Assembly (NCBI GenBank): GCA_021787335.1
Contig: JAJYMC010000062.1
Location: 90,181 to 154,180 of the forward strand
DNA length: 64,000 nucleotides
Direction of reading: 5' to 3'
DNA from: Bacillota bacterium
Lineage (GTDB): Bacteria > Bacillota > Sulfobacillia > JAJYWN01 > JAJZPE01
Shown: positions 59,928-64,000 of the stretch, in pieces
Layout of the letters: each line of letters begins with the position of its first letter
Position numbering within the stretch: the first letter of the stretch is position 1
Made by a program: the position numbers and the translations under genes
Notes under the pieces: generated by a model
Seen by the model: the letters and a program-made list of their open reading frames with translations, nothing else
Told to the model about the DNA's origin: nothing
The model's database searches: none

Positions 59928-61284
59928 GGAACTCGAGCGGCGGCTCATCGACTGCACCCGTTGCGGCACGTGCCTCAAGGACTGCCCCGTCTACCACGAG
60001 ACCCTCGACGAGCAGTACACGGCCAGGGCCCGCGTGAACCTGGCCAAGGCGGTCTACTACCACGGCCGCTTTGAGCTGGGCGAGGGGCTGCGCGACATCG
60101 CCGAGGCCTGCCTCCTCTGCCGGGCCTGTCTGGAGGCCTGCCCGAACAAGGTCGACGGGCCGGTCTTCGCGCGGCTCCTCCGTGAGCGCGTGGTCGAGCG
60201 GTTCGGGGAAACGGCCATGCGCCGTGCGGCGTTCCGCGGAGTCCTGCCCGAACCCGGGCGCGTCGGATGGGCCGCCGTCGCCGTCCGGGCCGCCCAGCGG
60301 ACCGGTCTGGATCGGTTCGTCGGGGCCATTGTCACTGGATCTCTTGCCACTGGGTCTCTTGCCGCTGGGGCCCTCGGCGCGCTGCCACGCCTGCCGGCGA
60401 GGCCGCTGACCCGGATCCACCGGCCGGGGAGCGTCCTGCCTCCGGCGGACCGGGACGGGACGGACGGTCCCGCGAGCAACCACCGTCCCAAGGCCCGCCT
60501 GGCCTATTTCCATGGCTGCCTGAACGACCGTGTCTTCCCCCAGACGGGGCTGGCCGTCATCGACGTCCTCCGGCGAAACGGCTACGAGGTCGTCGTTCCG
60601 CCTCAGAACTGCTGCGGCCTACCGGCCTCGGCGGGCGGCGACCTCGCAGCGGCCAGGGGCATGGCCCAGGCCAACGTGGAGGCCCTCGGCCGAGCGGTCG
60701 CGGATTGGCTCATCACCGACTGCGCCTCGTGCGGGTCGGCCCTCAGGGAGTACGGCGACCTGCTCGGCACCGATGAGGCCCGGGCCATCTCGGCCAAGGC
60801 CCGCGACATCAACGAATTCCTGGTGACGGAAGGGTTCGATCGGGAGGGCCTTGGCGAGGTGGCTCTGACCGTGACCTACCACGACCCCTGCCACCTGAAG
60901 CGCTATCAGGACATTCCCGCCCAGCCGCAGGCCCTCCTGGCCGCCATCCCCGGGCTCGTCTTCAAGGAGATGCGCGACGCCGCCGTCTGCTGCGGGGCCG
61001 CGGGGTCCTTCGTCCTGACCCACCCCGACCTGGCCGGGCGCATCGGGGCCAGGAAGGCCGCGAACGCATTGGCCACGGGCGCCGACGCCGTCGCCACCGC
61101 CTGCCCGAGCTGCCGGATGCAGCTCGAGCGGGTCACCGTCAGGGCCGGCCGCGGCCTCCCCGCGCCGCACCCGGTCGAACTGCTGGCCCGGTCGTACGCC
61201 GCCGGCGACGCGTGCCGCCGCGAGCGGACGCCGGTGGACCCGGCCCGCGCCTGCCAGGCCCGAACCAAAGCCTCAGCGGGATAG
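59917..61284 (+). CDS. glcF: Fe-S subunit of the 2-hydroxyacid dehydrogenase
   Basis: CTRCGTC..CP, CLLCRAC..CP, two CCG domains, YHDPCH. Confidence 0.85.
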   Translation: MDPEELERRLIDCTRCGTCLKDCPVYHETLDEQYTARARVNLAKAVYYHGRFELGEGLRDIAEACLLCRACLEACPNKVDGPVFARLLRERVVERFGETAMRRAAFRGVLPEPGRVGWAAVAVRAAQRTGLDRFVGAIVTGSLATGSLAAGALGALPRLPARPLTRIHRPGSVLPPADRDGTDGPASNHRPKARLAYFHGCLNDRVFPQTGLAVIDVLRRNGYEVVVPPQNCCGLPASAGGDLAAARGMAQANVEALGRAVADWLITDCASCGSALREYGDLLGTDEARAISAKARDINEFLVTEGFDREGLGEVALTVTYHDPCHLKRYQDIPAQPQALLAAIPGLVFKEMRDAAVCCGAAGSFVLTHPDLAGRIGARKAANALATGADAVATACPSCRMQLERVTVRAGRGLPAPHPVELLARSYAAGDACRRERTPVDPARACQARTKASAG

Positions 61285-61301
61285 ATTCCCCGTTACGAAG
61301 G

Positions 61302-61540
61302 AGACCGACATGGCCGACAAGGTGACGACTCCGCCCGCTGAAGCGGGGCGGCTTCTCGGTTCATCTACGACGCCCCAGCCCCTTCGTATCCCCGAAGGCT
61401 CCGTCCGAGCCCGATGTGTTTTATGCCAGGCTGCTGTCCTACGGAGGATGTTGGTGCACTATGTCGCCGCCTTTCTAGAACTCTGACTGCTTCGTTCGCG
61501 ACGGAACCAACCGCATTCCCGGCGTGATCCATATCCACCG
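61302..61540 (-). ncRNA. Putative TnpB omegaRNA (scaffold plus flanking guide)
   Basis: GGGCTCGGACGGAGCC...GAACCGAGAAGCC...GGAGTCGTCAC resembles tnpB 3' ends; downstream of a perfect promoter. Confidence 0.6.
61310..61321 (+). other. Detached first four codons (MADK) of the gamma subunit, preceded by their RBS
   Basis: GAAGGAG-N6-ATG GCC GAC AAG joins in frame to ATG GAA CTG at 61648 if 61322-61647 is removed. Confidence 0.75.
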
Positions 61541-61647
61541 GCTCTCATTATACCCGAACACGCGTTCGATGTCAAGCACTGGCAAAGGAGGGAAGGGGCG
61601 CATTCCTCTGCCGCCTGAAGGCGGAGTCACCTGCGCCCGGATTTAAG
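61322..61647 (-). mobile_element. Non-autonomous IS200/IS605-family mini-element
   Basis: Subterminal TTCA-loop hairpins at both ends; right end GAGAAGCCGCCCCGCTTCAGCGGGCGGAGTCGTCAC; seamless in-frame empty site; no transposase. Confidence 0.8.
61547..61575 (-). promoter_or_regulatory. Consensus sigma70 promoter with a LexA box in the spacer
   Basis: TTGACA-N17-TATAAT; CGAACACGCGTTCG at 61555-61568. Confidence 0.85.
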
Positions 61648-62211
61648 ATGGAACTGCGACTCTCGGGCACCGGCGGACAGGGCCTGATCCTGGCCGGAGT
61701 CATCCTGGCCGAGGCGGCCGGGATCTATGAGGGCAAGCGGGTCGTCCAGACCCAGTCATACGGGCCCGAGGCCCAGGGCGGCGCTTCCCGCTCGGACGTC
61801 ATCATCAGCGCCGACGAGATCCTCCACACCGAGGTCGAGCGGCCCGATGTCCTCCTGTGCCTGTCGCAGGAGGCCTGCGCCAAGTACGCCAAGGACCTGA
61901 AGCCCGGCGGGACCCTGATCATCGACCCGCTCTTCGTCCGCGACCATTCGGCCGCCGGCGGGGCCAGGGTCGTCGCCGTCGAGGCCACCCGCATCGCCAC
62001 GGAACTAGGGCGGAAGCTGGTCGCCAACGTCGTCGCCCTGGGCGCCCTGTGCGGCACGACGAACGTGGTCGACTTCGCCACGCTGAAGACGGCCGTCCTG
62101 GCCCGCGCCCCGAAAGGCACCGAGGAACTCAACCGCAAGGCCCTTGAGGCGGGCTATGAGGCCGTTAGGACCAAGGCCGCTGCCGCCCCGGCCGCCGATT
62201 CCCGGAGGTGA
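61648..62211 (+). CDS. 2-oxoacid:ferredoxin oxidoreductase gamma subunit (5' end interrupted)
   Basis: SGTGGQG, QTQSYGPEAQGG, NVVALG. Confidence 0.9.
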   Translation: MELRLSGTGGQGLILAGVILAEAAGIYEGKRVVQTQSYGPEAQGGASRSDVIISADEILHTEVERPDVLLCLSQEACAKYAKDLKPGGTLIIDPLFVRDHSAAGGARVVAVEATRIATELGRKLVANVVALGALCGTTNVVDFATLKTAVLARAPKGTEELNRKALEAGYEAVRTKAAAAPAADSRR

Positions 62212-62222
62212 CCGTCAACCAC

Positions 62223-62435
62223 ATGGCCAAGCGAGGCATCATCACCATCGACCAACGCCTGTGCAAGTCCTGCGGCATCTGCATCGAGTTCTGCCCGCGG
62301 AAGGTCCTGGCGGCCGAGGAGCCGTTGATGAAGGCCGTCGTGGCGCGGCCTGAGGACTGCACCGCCTGCCTGCTCTGCGAGCTGTACTGCCCCGACTGGG
62401 CGATCAACGTCGAAGAGGCGGGTGACGTCCGATGA
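62223..62435 (+). CDS. 2-oxoacid:ferredoxin oxidoreductase delta subunit (2x4Fe-4S)
   Basis: CKSCGICIEFCP, CTACLLCELYCPD. Confidence 0.9.
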   Translation: MAKRGIITIDQRLCKSCGICIEFCPRKVLAAEEPLMKAVVARPEDCTACLLCELYCPDWAINVEEAGDVR

Positions 62436-63562
62436 CCAAGGTCCTTATGCAGGGCAACGAGGCCATCGCCGAGGGGGCCATCCGGGCCGGCGTCCGCTTC
62501 TTCGCCGGCTATCCCATCACGCCGGCCACGGAGATCGCCGAGCGCATGGCCTCGAGGCTGCCGGAGGTCGACGGAACCTTCATCCAGATGGAGGACGAGA
62601 TCGCCTCGGTGACCACCTGCGTCGGCGCCTCGCTGGCCGGGGTCAAGGCGATGACGGCCAGCTCCGGCCCGGGCATCTCGCTGAAGCAGGAGAACATCGG
62701 GATGGCCGCCATGCACGAGTGCCCGCTGGTCGTCGTCGACGTCATGCGCGTCGGCCCGGCCACCGGCATGGCCACCCTGCCTGCCCAGCAGGACATCCAG
62801 CAGGCCCGCTGGGGCTCGCACGGTGACCGCGGGGTCATCGCCCTGTGCCCGTCGAGCGTGGCCGAGTGCTATGACCTGACCATCAAGGCGGTCAACCTCT
62901 CGGAGAAATACCGCCTGCCGGTGATGCTCCTGACCGACGCGGAGGTCGGGCACATGCGCGAGGCCATCGCCATCCCCGAGCGCGTCGAAGTGGTCGAGCG
63001 GCGTCGGCCGGACGTCCCGCCGGGCGACCCGAGCTTCCAGCCCTACGCGGCCAAGCCGGACGGCGTCCCGCCGATGGCCGACTTCGGGGCCGGCTACCTT
63101 TGGCATGCCGAGGCCAGCACCCACAACGTCCGCAGCGACCTGGCCTCGACCGACCACAAGTCGGCCGACTTCCTCCACCGGCGGCTCATCGACAAGGTCG
63201 AGAAGCATGTCCGGGAGATGACCTTCTATTCCACCCGGAGACTCGACGACGCCGAGGTGGCCGTCGTCTCCTACGGGGTCTCGGCCCGCGGCTCGGCCGG
63301 CGCGGTCGAGCTGGCCCGGGCTCAGGGCCTGAAGGCCGGCCTCCTGAACCTTAACACCATCTGGCCCTTCCCGGCCCACCTCATCGAGGACCTCGCCGGA
63401 CGGGTCAGGGCCATCCTCGTCGCCGAACTCAACGCCGGGCAGCTCGTCCGCGAGGTCAGGCTGGCCGCCAACGGTCGCGTGCCGGTCCACCACGTCGGGC
63501 GGTTCGACGGGCTCATCCTGACGCCCACTGAGGTCCTCGCCCGCCTCCGGGAGGTGCTCTAG
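62432..63562 (+). CDS. 2-oxoacid:ferredoxin oxidoreductase alpha subunit
   Basis: GNEA, GYPITP, QMEDE, SSGPG, RWGSHGD. Confidence 0.9.
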   Translation: MTKVLMQGNEAIAEGAIRAGVRFFAGYPITPATEIAERMASRLPEVDGTFIQMEDEIASVTTCVGASLAGVKAMTASSGPGISLKQENIGMAAMHECPLVVVDVMRVGPATGMATLPAQQDIQQARWGSHGDRGVIALCPSSVAECYDLTIKAVNLSEKYRLPVMLLTDAEVGHMREAIAIPERVEVVERRRPDVPPGDPSFQPYAAKPDGVPPMADFGAGYLWHAEASTHNVRSDLASTDHKSADFLHRRLIDKVEKHVREMTFYSTRRLDDAEVAVVSYGVSARGSAGAVELARAQGLKAGLLNLNTIWPFPAHLIEDLAGRVRAILVAELNAGQLVREVRLAANGRVPVHHVGRFDGLILTPTEVLARLREVL

Positions 63563-64000
63563 ATGCCGGTCCACGTCCTCCACGCCAATGAGTTGAAGGA
63601 GAAGTACGTCCTCACGCGAAACCTCCCCACCATCTGGTGCGCCGGTTGCGGCATCGGGACCGTCCTGGGCGCGGCCGTGCGGGCCATCGACGGCCTGGGC
63701 CTCGACAAGAAGGACGTCGTCTTCACCATCGGCATCGGCTGCAGCGGCTACTCCAGTCGCTACGTCAATTTCGACGCCGCCCACACCACCCACGGCCGGG
63801 CTCTGACCACGGCCACCGGCCTCAAGCTGGCCAACCCCAAGCTGACGGTGATCACCCTGACCGGCGACGGCGACTGCGTCGGGATCGGCGGCAACCACTT
63901 CATCCACGCCGCCCGCCGGAACATCGACGTCACCGCCATCCTCTTCAACAACAGCATCTATGGGATGACCGGCGGGCAGTACTCGCCGGCCACGCCGACC
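63563..64000 (+). CDS. 2-oxoacid:ferredoxin oxidoreductase beta subunit (runs off the window end)
   Basis: My translation: IWCAGCG, GIGCS, HGRA, GDGD..GGNHFIHAARRN, NNSIYGMTGGQ. Confidence 0.9.
   Translation, partial: MPVHVLHANELKEKYVLTRNLPTIWCAGCGIGTVLGAAVRAIDGLGLDKKDVVFTIGIGCSGYSSRYVNFDAAHTTHGRALTTATGLKLANPKLTVITLTGDGDCVGIGGNHFIHAARRNIDVTAILFNNSIYGMTGGQYSPATPT

Noticed and set aside
61322..61647. IStron or self-splicing intron, or an IscB/HEARO locus
   Set aside because: I recognise no group I intron core, the element is antisense to the host gene, there is no IscB ORF, and the scaffold sits at the right end as for TnpB.

Overview
High-GC chromosomal segment, most likely from a Bacillota (Firmicutes) lineage. 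The indicators are an SLH protein, Cheo-type LexA boxes, sigmaH-like promoters, and THF and c-di-AMP riboswitches. It holds about 50 mostly accessory genes: Lhr helicase, two LarA-family proteins, psuK/psuG, an orphan FliD-like gene, an S8 protease, an Eco57I-like methyltransferase, a truncated dpp/opp peptide-recycling operon, and a FadR-LarA-like-glcD-glcF-2-oxoacid:ferredoxin oxidoreductase operon. The strongest candidate for a new system is a 326-bp transposase-less IS200/IS605-type mini-element (61322-61647) inserted seamlessly after codon 4 of the oxidoreductase gamma-subunit gene. It keeps both end hairpins and a TnpB omegaRNA-like scaffold, and carries a consensus sigma70 promoter with a LexA box in its spacer. 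Its predicted guide is antisense to the host RBS and start codon. Other notable items are a LexA-boxed HicB-DinB/lhr operon, recurrent sigmaH-like and ECF promoter motifs, and several gene remnants. All calls come from reading the sequence by eye; no database searches were run.
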